Assembly (NCBI GenBank): GCA_951406725.2
Contig: OX597821.1
Location: 33,666,001 to 33,730,000 of the forward strand
Origin: Octopus vulgaris
Lineage: Eukaryota
Length of the DNA stretch: 64,000 bases
Direction of reading: 5' to 3'
In this document: positions 12,728 to 26,282 of the stretch, piece by piece
Layout of the letters: each line of letters starts with the position of its first letter
Numbering within the stretch: position 1 is the stretch's first letter
Translations under genes and position numbers: made by a program
Notes under the pieces: model-generated
Database searches by the model: none
What the model was told of the DNA's origin: nothing
Seen by the model: the letters and a program-made list of their open reading frames with translations, nothing else

Positions 12728-13659
12728 CCCAGTATACTCTGTTAAGTGGTTAACATTAGGAAAGGCATCGAGCTGTGGAAACCAAGCCAGAACAGGTTAT
12801 GGAACCCGGTATGATCCCTGGCTTTGCCAGTTCCTGTCAAGCCATCCAATCCATGCTAGCATGGAAAATAGACATTAAATGATGATGATGACGAGTATCT
12901 AGAAATTTCTACATTCATGCTGTTGTATCAAAAGCATTGTATCTTGTCTCTCGGCTAATCTGGGTCATTGAGTGGAAGATCATTGTTATTAACTGGTCTC
13001 CTACAAAGTTTATTCATGCTAAGCTATAGCAGCACGTAATTCATTACATACAAAAACTTAATTCTACTGAATGACTTCGAGCTGGGAGCCAATCTTAATC
13101 ATCATATACAGTGCATGAAACACTATTAAATATTTTAGAGCATTAGACAAAATGATATGTGGTATTTGTTCTGGCTCTTTAAGTTCTAAGTTCAAACCCT
13201 ACTGAGGTCAGCTCTGTCTTTCATCCTTTCAAGGTCAATAAATTTAAGTACCAGTCTAGTAACGTCATCAATGGTATTAACTAAATCCCTCTGTCCAAAA
13301 TTGCTGGCCTTGTACCAAAATTTGAAACCCTTATTATTGTTATTATTACCGATGTTGTCAAACTGGTTCAGTCCCACTGTGGCACTTTAGGCAAGTGTCT
13401 TTGCATGTGTGCTTGTGTCTTCTTGTCTCGACACTACCTGATAGTCTCACAAGAAGTGTCCTTTGTTTATAAAGTGCTGTGAAAATATGTTTGGTCATGA
13501 GGAAATATTAACTTGTTTGGGAAAAGGTGAAAGTTGGTGATGAGAAGAATATCTGGCTGTAGAAAGATTAAAACCTATCTCAGCGAATTCTGTTTGATGC
13601 ATGCAAGCATGTAGAAGTGGACATTACCACAGTGATGTTCATAATGCATGTGCACATAT

Positions 13660-13698
<39 letters not shown>

Positions 13699-14078
13699 GT
13701 AGCGAAAAGCCACAAAGTAAGAAAGTAAAACTATTTGGCTCACAACTCCATACACAAGATGCTAAGTATTTCATTACTTCATTCTTGAAATTTATATTTA
13801 TCTGACTCCTGTGTCCCCACATCAGACAGAAGCTATTAATTTGAATTGCACACAGCATTACATGTTTGTGCTGAGGTGAATTACCTTTGGCATTTAATGC
13901 ATATAAGAGCTTTTTCCATTGTAGCAGTTCTACAATGTTAGGAGAGAGTTCATAAAGTGTCATGAAAATGTCAACCTCACCACTTTTAATGTTACTTTGT
14001 TTCTGCAAATTTCAAGTTAGATTCTTCAACACATTGAATTTCATAGACTTAATTGTTTTTCTTTTTCTTCTGTTGCAG

Positions 14079-14137
14079 GTGTATTCTAATTCTACGGTAA
14101 AGCAAACCAGCTGATAAGACTTAAAACAGCCTTAAAA
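14079..14137 (+). other. Candidate 59-nt non-coding (5' UTR-type) exon
   Basis: Strong acceptor ttgtttttctttttcttctgttgcag| and consensus donor |gtgagt in unique sequence. All three frames contain stops. Confidence 0.45.
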
Positions 14138-15565
14138 GTGAGTTACTTAATCTCCTTGATTTTATTTGCATTTCTCATGATATATATCTTATGTCATTTG
14201 CGAAAGTTATATCTTTGGAACCACCCTCTGCTGTTCCTATAAGCATTATTGCCAAACCTGTCAAGCATGATATAATTCCTGTTTCCCCCACAGAAAGATT
14301 ATTTTTATCACCTTGTTCTGATATTTACAGATATTTCTCAGTATTCAGTGAATGTGTCCAATTATACTAACAGCTTTCCAAACAAATCATTTTTTTCTCT
14401 TTTTAGTTTTTTTTCTTGGAAGGCTATAAGGCTATAACGGTTCATTAGTATTTTTTTGGTGGTTTTATAAAGAATGAGTTTGAGTGTGGGAGGATGATGA
14501 CAGGGGTGGGGTGTCTCCTAAATAATTATTAGCTGCATTAAAAGTTAGTGTAGAATATATAAAAACTATCGAATATTTTTAAAGACAGGCAAAAAAATAA
14601 ATAAAATAAAATAAAAATAATGAAATAAGAAAAGCAAATGAAGAACTTTTGACACAGTTAAATATCTAATTGTTTGAAATGAGTTGTTGCTAATTAGATA
14701 TTATAATTTAATCAGTCTATTAACCTCATCTTTTTAGAGGTGAAAGATTTTCCAATATTTGTATCTAAATTATCATTGAGTTTGATTAGTTTGATCTTTC
14801 GTCATCAGGTGTCTTATTCCTGAATGTATAGCCAAATCTTACTGGATTTGTGCCACACACATAATAGTAAATTAAGATCAAGGAGTCAAACAAATGGAGA
14901 TGTAGTGTGGCTATAAATATTGAAAAAAAAAAAAATCTTTTATTACTTGTAATGGAATTTTTAGCCCTTTTGTTACTGTATTTCTGTTACTATACACTGC
15001 CTTAGCTTCAATTAATTTTGCAAATACTGAAGAATTTGTTTTTATTGGCTCTTACTGTGCAGGAACTAAGCGTACTTGGTTCTGTCTATGTGTGCTCAAG
15101 CCACAGGAACCAGGGTAACTCATTTCTGGTTGTAGGGTACTTTTTGGATTTCTCATTTCATATGACATAGTGTACACAATTTCAATCAATTTTTAACAAA
15201 TTCAGTATCTGCATGTTAGTAGTCTGGTATTTGGAACATAAATTAACAAGAAATTTTAATGCAAAGTTTCAATTTAGATATTTTAAAACAGGAAGTTTGT
15301 TTCATAGAACTATGGGTGCCTTAGGCAGGTTGGTAGTTAGTAAAAGGGTTAAATACTGTAAAATGAAAATCTTATTGGCATGGTTTCCTGATGGTATTTC
15401 TGTTGAGCTCTAACTTAGGAATTAGTTTGATATTTTAACATTTAATAAATTATTTATAAATAAAAATTTATTATGGGATGTAATTTATGAATGTGCTCAG
15501 AATTTTACATCATGTATCTCACTAATCACCATTGATAAAAGATATGCAGGCATTGTTGATATATA

Positions 15566-15974
15566 GGCGAAGGAGTGGCTGTGTGGTAAGTAGCTTGCTT
15601 ACCAACCACATGGTTCTGGGTTCAGTCCCACTGCGTGGCACCTTGGGCAAGTGTCTTCTACTATAGCCTCGGGCCGACCAAAGCCTTGTGAGTGGATTTG
15701 GTAGACGGAAACTGAAAGAAGCCCGTCGTATATATGTATGTATATGTGTGTGTGTTTGTGTGTCTGTGTTTGTCCCCCCAACATCTCTTGACAACCGATG
15801 TTGGTGTGTTTACGTCCCCGTAACTTAGCGGTTCGGCAAAAGAGACCGATAGAATAAGTGGTAGGCTTACAAAGAATAAGTCCTGAGGGTGGATTTCCTC
15901 GACTAAAGGCGGTGCTCCAGCATGGCCGCAGTCAAATGACTGGAACAAGTAAAAGAGTAAAAAAGAGTAAAGAG
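15566..15974 (+). mobile_element. SINE family A, full length
   Basis: High identity to the 8220 and 38747 copies. Confidence 0.9.
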
Positions 15975-16084
15975 TATATTACTGAGAAGCTTTGCTATAA
16001 AAGGTATACATTAATGCTTTTTTCTTCAATTTATGGGTACAAGGAAGGACACCTAGCTGGAAAACAGCATGCAAAAACAGCCCC

Positions 16085-16432
16085 AACAAGAGCACTCAAA
16101 GAGCGCAAACCTCCACCAAAGCAACACCAATGTCCTCTCAATGATTAGCTGGAGACGATTTTTTTAAATGAGAATATCTGAAATAAACTCAACTGTTCTC
16201 ACAAATGAGAATACTAAAAATGAACTCGACTGCTCTCAAAAATTAAGTGGAAAAAATGAAAAATAATCCAGAATCCTCGACCGGTACTGGATTGATCCCA
16301 AAATCTAATCAGTTCGTGCCAGTCACAAGGCCAAATATCCCTGAAAGTTTCATTCGAATCCATCCAGCGGTTCTTAAGATAAACAAACACAACTGAAAAC
16401 AATACCTCTGCCTTCACTAAGGCAGAGGTGAA
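16085..16432 (+). mobile_element. Helentron-associated (HINE-like) non-autonomous element
   Basis: Begins aacaagagcactc..gcgcaaacctcc and ends in the perfect hairpin acctctgcctt-cact-aaggcagaggt (16404-16429). Internal aaagtttcattcgaatccatccag and aaacaaac motifs are typical of this class (recalled). Confidence 0.55.
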
Positions 16433-16692
16433 TATTAGTAGATATGTATGGTAGCCTGCTTTCTCTGAGCAGGTCTATGGTCTAAGGCATTCCAATTGTA
16501 ACCATCCTGTCTATTTTTCAGGCATAATTTATCTTGAATGACATTACCCAATATGTCCTTCCTAGTTTTTGAAGATGATTAGGGGAGAGGGGGCAGGATC
16601 TGAGGGAGATTTGGATGGTATTTTTAGCAGATTAAGCAGGCACATAGATGCTCTTATATTATTTTGAAATAGCTTCAGTAGTGTGTTTAGAG

Positions 16693-16893
16693 CAGTGGTT
16701 TTCAACCAGGGTTCCGCCAGTACAGTCCAGGGGTTCCGCAAGAAGTTACAAAACTGCTAAAATCGGCAGTAATTTTTAATTCTCCTGTGCAGATATGTGT
16801 GCATAAGACAATTAAATTATTGCACAGGGGTTCCTCGAGCCAGTGGAATGTTTCCTTGGGGTTCCGCTCCAACAAAAAGGTTGAAAAGCACTG
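16693..16893. mobile_element. hAT MITE
   Basis: TIR cagtggttttcaacc / ggttgaaaagcactg; perfect 8-bp TSD gtttagag. Confidence 0.9.
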
Positions 16894-18000
16894 GTTTAGA
16901 GAATAAGTAACTAGTAGATATAATGAACAAACAAAGATGTAGACTCTACAGGCCTCAAGGATAGTTACCTTATCTAGGATGGAAGATAGCCCCAAATAAA
17001 CTCAGACGCATGGCTGAGGAAAAGTCTGGAATTCTGACAAGTAATCTCATTTGTGCCAATGGTGTGATAAAATATTCCCAGTGTTTGCTGTAAAGTGGCT
17101 GACAATAGGAAAGGCATCCAGTCGTAAAAACCATGTGAAAACATGCCATATACAGCATTAAAGTTGGCCATTTTTCTCTATTGTTGTGTGTGCTAAGTGT
17201 TGAGTGGCAAGATGCTATAAAAGCCATTCAACTCATGCCTGCATAGAAAAACAGGCATTAAAGTTATTTTAATGAGTGGTGTAGGTCTACTTGTGTGTTA
17301 ATTAAGAAAATATAATTAAAGCAATAGAAGTGCTTTCTTGAAAGTCTGTCTTTCCAGCTAATTTGTCCAATTTTAATGCCTTATGATGATAATGACATAG
17401 GTTTAAAACTAAAGACATGATTTTTATGTTTTTTTTGATATTTTGTTCATTTATAAATTTTATTGATTAATTATATGTATTTTGAAATTGCTTGTTTTGT
17501 TGTCATTATTTTTTTAATTCATAATTATTGTCCACCATAATTTCTTATTTTCCTTTTATTTATTTATTTATTTATTTGAAATATATTTTGAAATTACATG
17601 TTATTTTCTGTTCATAATTATTGCTCCCAACTTCTTATTCTCTTCTATCACATGAATTTGAGTCACCTATGTAAGAAATTGATGTTGCCTACACTCTTGT
17701 ATTCTCACACACTTTCATACCAATACCACTCTTACCTTTTCTCATTCACACCTTCTCACTTTCAACCAATCTATTTTTCTCACATCATACACTTTCACTT
17801 TCTCCTCTATAGATATTCTCTTTTGATTATACTCTTTCTCTCTCACATACTCTCTCTTACTTCTTCTTTCTTTATCATGTACTTATTCTGATTTTCACTC
17901 ATGCAATTTTTTCTTCATGTTTTTTTCCACTTTTTTTTTACTCAGTGTTTTTTTTTTACCCACTCAACACGCACTTTCTGTTTTATTTTGTTTCACTATT

Positions 18001-18408
18001 TCCTTCTCTCTCTCTCTTCCTTTCTCTCTTTCTCTCTCTTCGTCTCTTCTCTCTCTCTCTGTTCCCCTCTCTTCTTCTCTTCTCTCTCTCTCTGTTCCCC
18101 TCTCTTCTCTCTCTCTTCCCCTCTCTTCTTCTCTTCTTCTCTCTCTCTCTCTCTGTTCCCCTCTCTTCTTCTCTTCTCTCTCTCTTCCCCTCTATTCTTC
18201 TCTTCTCTCTCTCTCTCTTCCCCTCTCTTCTTCTCTCTCTCTTCCCCTCTCTTCTCTCTCTCTCTTCTCCTCTCTTCTTCTCTTCTCTCTCTCTCTCTTC
18301 CCCTCTCTTCTCTCTCTCTCTTCCCCTCTCTTCTCTCTCTCTCTCTTCCCCTCTCTTCTTCTCTTCTCTCTCTCTCTTTTTCCCTCTCTTCTCTCTCTCT
18401 CTTCCCCT

Positions 18409-18444
<36 letters not shown>

Positions 18445-18482
18445 CCCCTCTCTTCTCTCTCTCTTCCCCTCTCTCTCTTTTC
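18001..18482. repeat. ~480-bp almost pure polypyrimidine compound repeat (CT/CTT/CCCCT)
   Basis: Only a few purines on the + strand. Confidence 0.95.
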
Positions 18483-21053
18483 ATCAAAAACAAAATACAA
18501 ATTGTAATCCTACAAATAGCTGTGACATTAATCTCTCCTTTAAGCCTGCCAATTCTATATATGCAGGTACAAATTGGACTATTCAAACACAATGGCAAAC
18601 TAGATTCTCTTGTCCATCTTACATAGCGTTATATTAAGTTCTCTCACAATTTTCTCAGAAAGAAGTGTTGTGGTGGTGGTGGAGCCCCGAAAAAAACACA
18701 AAAAAAAAAAAAACCCCTGACTCCTCTGAGAACACAAATTGAGATGTAACACATACAGACTGTGACATTGCAATAGGAAGCACTTAATGCTATTTAAATA
18801 CTGGGGATGGAAATGAATACAGGCAATTACCAATGTCTGAACAATTCCTGAAAAGTAGTCCAATAGTTTATGCAACTGATTTTCTTTTTTTTTTTTTTTG
18901 CTATGGAGTATTTAAATTTGATTATTTCTGGATGAGTTTACACAGGAGGTGTAGGTGGTTTGTGGGGTTTCAGAATAACTTGAGCATTTCATTTATTGTC
19001 TAAAGACTCAAAACTTTCGTTACTGAAAGTGGTTATTGAATAAGGCTGGGCTATAAAAAGTAATGAAGTTCTGTTATTAAGGTGAATGGTAGGTTCTGTG
19101 TGATAAATTGCTAGCTTTCCAGATTGATCCCACACAGATACCATATCACATACCCTTGTTTTACACAAGTCAATAATTGTATCATATTGAGACAGGTGCA
19201 AGTGTGGCTACATGGTAAGAAGTTTGCTTTGCAACTGCATAGTTTTGGGTTCAGTCCCAGTGCATAGCACCTTGGGCAAGTGTCTTCTGCTATAGTGCTG
19301 AGGCAACCAAAACCTTGTGAGTGGATTTGGTAGATAAAAATTGAAAGAAGCCTATTGTGTGTATGTGTATGTATGTAATATATATATATATATGTATGTA
19401 TATATCATCATTATCATGTTTTAAATCTGAGTTTTGTGCCTGTTAACGGGGGTGGCCAGATCTACCTCAATGCCATAGCAACTGAGGTAGGCAGGTGCAG
19501 CCCACCCCAAACTTTGGGCTGGCTGGCTGGTGCCCATTCTCCTTTGCTATAATAAGGTTTTTTTGGTGCTGAATTTTCTACGGGGAACATGCCCTTGCTT
19601 ACCTCCAACCTCAGTTTTTAGACATGAGTGGTCCCGAGACCAAGGCCTCTACCATGATTTTTAAGAAATGTGGTGGTAAACTAGCTCAGGAAAGCAGGAA
19701 TGCTACTCCCTGACACCCCTTTTGGAGCCCCCCTCCCACATACCTATATATATATATCATCATCGTTTAACATCTGCCTTCTGTGCTGGTATGGGTTGGA
19801 CAGTTTAACAAGAGCTGGCCAGGCAAAAGACTGCACCTGACTTCTGTGTCTGTTTTGGCATGGTTTTTACAGCTGGATGCCTTTCCTAACACCAACCACC
19901 CTGCAGAGTGGACTCCAATATACTCATATATATATATATGAATAAAGGAGTAAGCATAACTATAGTCACAGGCGTATGTGTATGTATGTGTGAGTACAAA
20001 ATAATACAATAAAAAGATAAACAGGCAAACAATAGATATTAGGTCAGATTATGACATATTTATATTTACATTGCATAAACAAGTATAAATCACAGATCAT
20101 TAAAAAAAGATCCTTTATGTTTAAAAATCATAAGAATTTAGAAACTTCAAGAGAGAGTGAAATCATTTTTTTTTTATATATTTTGATACTTAAAGTAATT
20201 AAAGCTGTAAATAATAGCTTGTAAATATTGGGCTTAAAAACAAAACAACATTGAAATGTAAGGTATGTCTTTTAAGTAAACATTACACAAGGTTAAAACA
20301 TTGCAGGGGAAAATAACCATTTTATTCACTTTTGACAGCAAGGTGAAATTCTATGATCATTAAGAACATATAACCTCACACATGCACACATGTTCATGCA
20401 CCTGTGTACATGCATGTATAATCTAGAATATTTTACAGATTGCTGAAATATTTTTTTTTATTAATTTGTAATGAATATTTTTTTTCCTTTTTTGTTATCA
20501 GAGTAGATATAACATTATTTTACTGTTGCTTACGTTTTATTGACCTTTAAAGAACACAAGTCCAATGAGTTGATGTTGATAAGATTTGAATGCTTTGTTG
20601 TGAGGTCATCAGATACTGTAGAATCATCTCTCTACTTTTTGTGCCATCTTAAGAGATGGCACAAAAAGTTATCCTTTGGTGTGGTTGAACAACCTATCCC
20701 AACCATCTGGAATCCACTGTGTGGATTGAACGGTTCATCCTTTTGACCACTGAATACAAAACGTGGCTTGCAAGACCCCCGGTCAGGGGATTTTCCTGGG
20801 TTATCATCTGTAGCAAGGTTTCCCCAGTTGCAGCTTAGTAAGTGGTAGTCGCAGTAAAGTTCCTTCCTGAGTCATATAAACTCTTAAGGGCCAGTTAGTT
20901 TCTTGGTTTCTATTGCATATAAATTCCCCACCTGGATAGGATGCCAGTCTATTTGCAGGATTACTCATTTTTGCTAGCTCAGTAGACTGGAATAAAGTGA
21001 AATGAAGTGTTTTGCTTAAGAACACAATGCACTGCTGGTATGGAAATTGAAAC

Positions 21054-21488
21054 CAGGGCTGGATTAAGACTGATAGAGGCCCTGAGCACTTGGCAGATTT
21101 TGGTGCCCCCATGTATATGCAATTCAAAATATAACCAACAATAAACCATGAAATAAATTTTTATTTTTTAAAATGAAACAAAACTAACAGTAAGATAGAA
21201 AATAATGTTTATTTTCATATACTTCCACTTTATTTATATCTGAAAAATTTTCTCCCACTTTGATTTTTAATTTGCAAAGTCTTTAACCAGATCCTCCTTG
21301 GACACCACGAACACTTCGAAATTATATTTCTAATCATATAAACAACTTTCAATATTATTTTTGGCAAGTATAAAGTGATTTCATTTGTGACATAAACCAT
21401 TTACCATTTCTTTGGGGGTCCCTCATCCTCGCCTTCCCATCGTGCCCTAAGCACGAGCTTATTTTGTTTAATAGTTAATCCAGCACTG
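21054..21488. mobile_element. hAT non-autonomous element nested in a SINE
   Basis: TIR cagggctggattaa / ttaatccagcactg; TSD attgaaac/gttgaaac. The minus-strand DLVKDFAN..K remnant resembles a hAT transposase C-terminus. Confidence 0.75.
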
Positions 21489-21659
21489 GTTGAAACCACA
21501 ATCTTGCAACCCTGAGTGCAATACACATTAGGTCATGTGGCATCTCTACCTAGATAGCCTAAAGTAAAGTTTCCATCAGGATCAGTCTTATGGGCACATA
21601 ATAAGAATCCTGGCACTAGCAGAAGAAATATAATCTATTAGTATTATGCTTTTATTCTT

Positions 21660-22036
21660 CTTCTTTTACTTGTTTCAATCATTTTGACTGCTGCTTTGAA
21701 GGGTTTTAGTCGAACAAACTGACCCAGGGCTTAGTTTTTAAACCTAGTACTTACTCTATCGGGCTCTTTTGCCAAACTGTTAAGTTACAGGGACAATAAA
21801 CACCCCAACATTGGTTGTTAAGCAGTAATGGGAGGACAGACACAAAGACACACACACATAGATATTCATATGTACGCTGGGCTTCTTTCAGTTTCTCTCT
21901 ACCAAACCTACTCACAAGGCTTTGGGTTGGTCTGAGGCTATAGTAAATACTTGCCCAAGGTGCTACACACCGAGACTGAACCCAGAATTATGTGGTTGAG
22001 AAGCAAGCTTCTTACCACCCAGCCACACCCGTGCCT
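21660..22036 (-). mobile_element. SINE family A, older diverged copy
   Basis: Reverse-complement match over full length with many substitutions. Confidence 0.8.
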
Positions 22037-22917
22037 GTTATTGAATTTATACATTTTTATTGAGTTTATGTTTATTATTGAATTTATACATTTTTAATGG
22101 CAATGTAAAAGAATTTCTATAGACAACATGTCACTTGTGAGACGTTTGGAAAGGACCAAATTTTAAACAATAAAATTCATTTATATTAACTGCTGTTTCG
22201 TGGAGCCAGAACAGTAAATTCTTTTTGGCACTCTTGTTGGTAGTTTTCAAAAATAGCAATGGAGAAAAGTAGAGAAGTGTTGAACGTATTAAGAAAGCTG
22301 TTTATATCCTGATTGTTCTTTACAGCCGATGAAGACTTTCATAATTACTTTTATCTTCTTTCACTAAATGGTCTTGTTATACTAATAACTTCTGTAATTT
22401 GACATCTTGTACGTACAAGATCTAATGTGTTAATTGGGTTTTTGTATGTTTACCAGACATCATATATATATTTATATATATGTTGTTATATACGAACAAG
22501 AAAAAAAAAAGTAATCACTACAAGAGAAAATCATCGTCATCTGTGAAAATCTATGTTGCTCTGAATTATAGATTTCTTTTGACAAGGCATCAGGCCAATT
22601 GAATCAAGTTTGATATATTATTCTAACTCTTTGTAGTACCGATCTTAGTTGAAAGGTTAAAGAGTTGCATTACGGATTCCAATTTGTTAGTTATGACGCA
22701 TTAAACTAAACATTGCGAAATTTCTAATGTCTGGTTGTCTACTATCTATGCCATTGTTGATGTGGTGATAGGATTTTTATAAAACCATTTGCTGTGAGCC
22801 TTTAAGGAGTTAACTGGCACTCTAGCTTTATGTAGACCATTTCTTTCTACACATTCACTGTGTGCTGACTTCAGAGCAATCAACTTCTGGAGAATCTAAA
22901 CATTTTGTGTCTTGAGG

Positions 22918-23266
22918 AAGGGCCAACAGGAATATGATGATTATGATCAAGCCAATGAGGGAATCTCAAAAGGATCACTTAAACTGCTGAAAATAGCAGC
23001 CCAATCTCCCTCAAGTGACACAATCTTAAAAAGGAGGGCCAACAGGAATATGATGATGATGATCAAGCCAATGAGGGAATCTCAAAAGGGTCACTTAAAC
23101 TGCTGAAAATAGCAGCCCAGTCTCCCTCAAGTAACACAATCTTAAAAAGGAGGGCCAACAGGAATATGATGATGATGATCAAGCCAATGAGGGAATCTCA
23201 AAAGGGTCACTTAAACTGCTGAAAATAGCAGCCCAATCTCCCTCAAGTGACACAATCTTAAAAAGG
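22918..23266. repeat. Three near-identical tandem copies of a 116-bp unit
   Basis: agggccaacaggaatatgatga...cacaatcttaaaaagg repeated at ~22918, 23035 and 23151. Confidence 0.95.
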
Positions 23267-24120
23267 GGAAAGACATTTAATAATGTTCTTGATACATACT
23301 GTTTGAAAAAATGGGATGGGCTTAGCTCAAATGTCTTTCGTCATAGGAAGATCTACCTAAACATTTTAGAAATTTGGTAGGTTTTTAGGAATGATTAGGT
23401 AGATTAGTATGTGTAGTTCTTTCCCCCTTTTTTTTTTTTCACTTAACGAGTTTGGAGTATATGTGTTTGTGTTAACTCAGTTAAGTAATGTGTGTTGATA
23501 AATTAGTCTTTGTGTGAAATGAGTGTTTTGTTCAAGAACACAATGTACCACCAGTCTGGGAATTGAAATCACAATCTTTTGGTTGTGAGTGTGACTCCCT
23601 AACCATTAGGCCAAGTGCCTTATTGTGTATGTTATATTGACGAAATCAATATCAAGTGATATATTGATAGGCCTGTCAATGACTGTGTATCTTTGGATTT
23701 TGTTCATAAGAAATATACACTTATGCTTCAGTGTAAACCAAATTAATATCCAGATAGGAGGGTTCGTTACTGTTTTAGGATATATGTGTTGAGATCATAT
23801 GAATTAAGTAATTGCTTTCCTGGGTTTAGATTGCATATTACATAGGTTTTTGATGCAATATTTAATTGCTTGGTGATATATCATGTTTTTACAGATAGAC
23901 ACTGCCTTGGTGTTTCAATTCATTTTGGGAGTAATCAAGAATTTAGCAGAAATTTAATTAAATAATTAACTGTTTCGTGAAGCTGGGGTTTGGAACATAA
24001 TAGGTTCTTACATAAGATTTTGATAAAGGGTTTTAATTTAAATACATTTTTAAACAGGAGCTTTTCAATCACAGACACAGAGATGGTCTTAGGCAGGTTA
24101 GTGAAAAAATAAAAATTAAG

Positions 24121-24530
24121 GGATCTTTTCGGTTTGAACGGCAGTTTTTAACATAATTTCTAGGTAACTAAAAAATTTTAAAGTTCGTATACTGGTAGAA
24201 TGTGTTTATAAAACAGCTTTTTCTCTTGGCTTTATTGAGAAAATTCTATAGTTTGTAAGATATTTGTTGTATTTTTCTTCAATTTCTGCTATTTCAACCA
24301 ATCAGTGACGTCCATTGAAGTTAACAACATTCTGAGCCGTATGAATATGTCCCTCGTTTAAGAAACAGATTGGGTTTATTTACATTTGTGAAGAAAAAAA
24401 AGATACCCTTCCCCCACCCCTAACCCTAAAACAGTTTGAAATGCAATAGATCAATACTAGGGTCATAATTATGGGTGACAATTTCATATGACACCGCTAG
24501 AAAAAACTGCCGTTCAAACTGAAAAGATCC
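24121..24530. mobile_element. Merlin-like MITE copy 2 (opposite orientation)
   Basis: Same TIRs; TSD aaattaag. Confidence 0.85.
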
Positions 24531-25768
24531 AAATTAAGTATTATACAGTTTTACCATGAACTACAAAGTTTAGCTGAAATAAACACTAATGTTTCTCACA
24601 GACACATTGATACTTTTTTAAATTCTATTTTTTGGTTTTAATTCACTTCTATTGCAGTTTATCCATTTTTGCCTTTCTTTTTCCATGGTGTCTTTTTCTC
24701 TATTTCTCTTGCCTGCCCTCTCTTCTCTTTTCAAATCTATTCTTTCATGCACCTGTTTTTTCTTAACTCTCAACTTTTCTTTCTTCTCTCTTTATTACTA
24801 GCTTCTTCCTTCCCTCTTTCACTATCCTTTCTTCTTTTTCTTTTCCTTCTCTCTCACCTGTTCTCTTACCTCTCACCTGTGATTTCATTTCTTTCTCAGC
24901 TCTTTCTTCTTCTATTACTCCCCTTTTCTCTCTATTTTATTTTAATCATTGAGCATTCATTTTTGCTCAATTATTTTCTGATTCTTTATTTAAAAAGAAA
25001 ACCTTAACTACACTTACTGTAGCCAAAAACCCTTATCAGTTTGATCAAATATATATTTGTCTATCAACTTTCCTTATTAACTTGTTTGTTGAAACTAACA
25101 CTGAGTGTATTTTCAATTCAGTAAAACCTCAGTATGTCTACTAAACCTTCCGTGTGACAAACTATTACTCAATCACCCATAGCTATAACTTCAATTCAAA
25201 GTGTGTTAGTGTTTCTCTTTGACTATTTTATTTCTTCATAAATTAATGAATTTAAAAAAAAATTTATTACTAAACATCATCATCATCATTTAACATCCAT
25301 CCACTGTTCTTACTGCATGGGTTAGATGGTTTGACTGGAACAGGTAAGCCAAAGGGCTGCACCAGGTTCCAGTTTGATTTGATGTATTTTCTACAACTGG
25401 ATGCCCTTCCTAATGTCAACCACTTCAAGCATGTAATGGGTGATTTTTATATTTCACCAGCAACAACCACAACTACAACTTGACCAGTGCCACTTATATA
25501 ACATTCGCTGTAGCCACAACTACAATTCCACTTGGCTTGGCAAGTCTTTTCAAGCACTGCATATCGCCAGTGGTTTTGGTCACTTGCTATCACCTCTGTG
25601 AGGCCCGACATTCAAAGATCATGCTACCGGCAACAGCCACGATAACAATTTTATGGGTGCCGTTCACATGGCTTGACGAGTCTTCTGAAGCACAGCATTT
25701 TTGTAAAGAATGGTTTCGATCCTGTTCAGCTGAATTAGTTTTCAATTTGGCAAAACCAGTAATATTGT

Positions 25769-26083
25769 CTGAGACCCCCTTCAGTCATGACACAGACCAT
25801 GGGATTGCACCTAGAAAGTTACCCTCCCAAGTAGAAGTCCAGCAGTCGCCCATGAATACTGGTCTCCCCTCTCCATGCCACCAGTGTTATCCAAAGGAAA
25901 GGCAAAGGCCAATACTGCTTGGCACCTGTGACGTCACAACTCATTTCTGCAGCTGAGTGAACTGGAGCAACGTGAAATAAAGTGTCTTGCTCAAGAGCAT
26001 AACATGCAGCCCGGTCCGCAATTCGAGATCACAACCTCACGATCGTAAGCTCGACGCTCTAACCACTGAGCCATGCGCCTTCA
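25769..26083 (-). mobile_element. SINE family B copy with 12-bp TSD
   Basis: Reverse-complement match to 759-1086. TSD cagtaatattgt at 25757-25768 and 26084-26095. Confidence 0.85.
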
Positions 26084-26282
26084 CAGTAATATTGTAATGA
26101 CCTTTGATTTTGTTTACTAATACATGTTTGATAAAATGGCCACCTAGTTGTTCTTCATTAACACCTAGTTAATGAGACTGGTTCAGTTTTACTTTCACAA
26201 TACTGTTTTGTTATTACTTCTTTGGTGATGTTTTTACTAAAAACATCTTGTGTTAAGGTTCTTTGATCTGATAATTGAAGTT

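Noticed and set aside
17901-18637. Long Leu/Ser/Phe and Arg/Glu-rich ORFs (up to 241 aa)
   Set aside because: Stop-free frames produced by a CT microsatellite.
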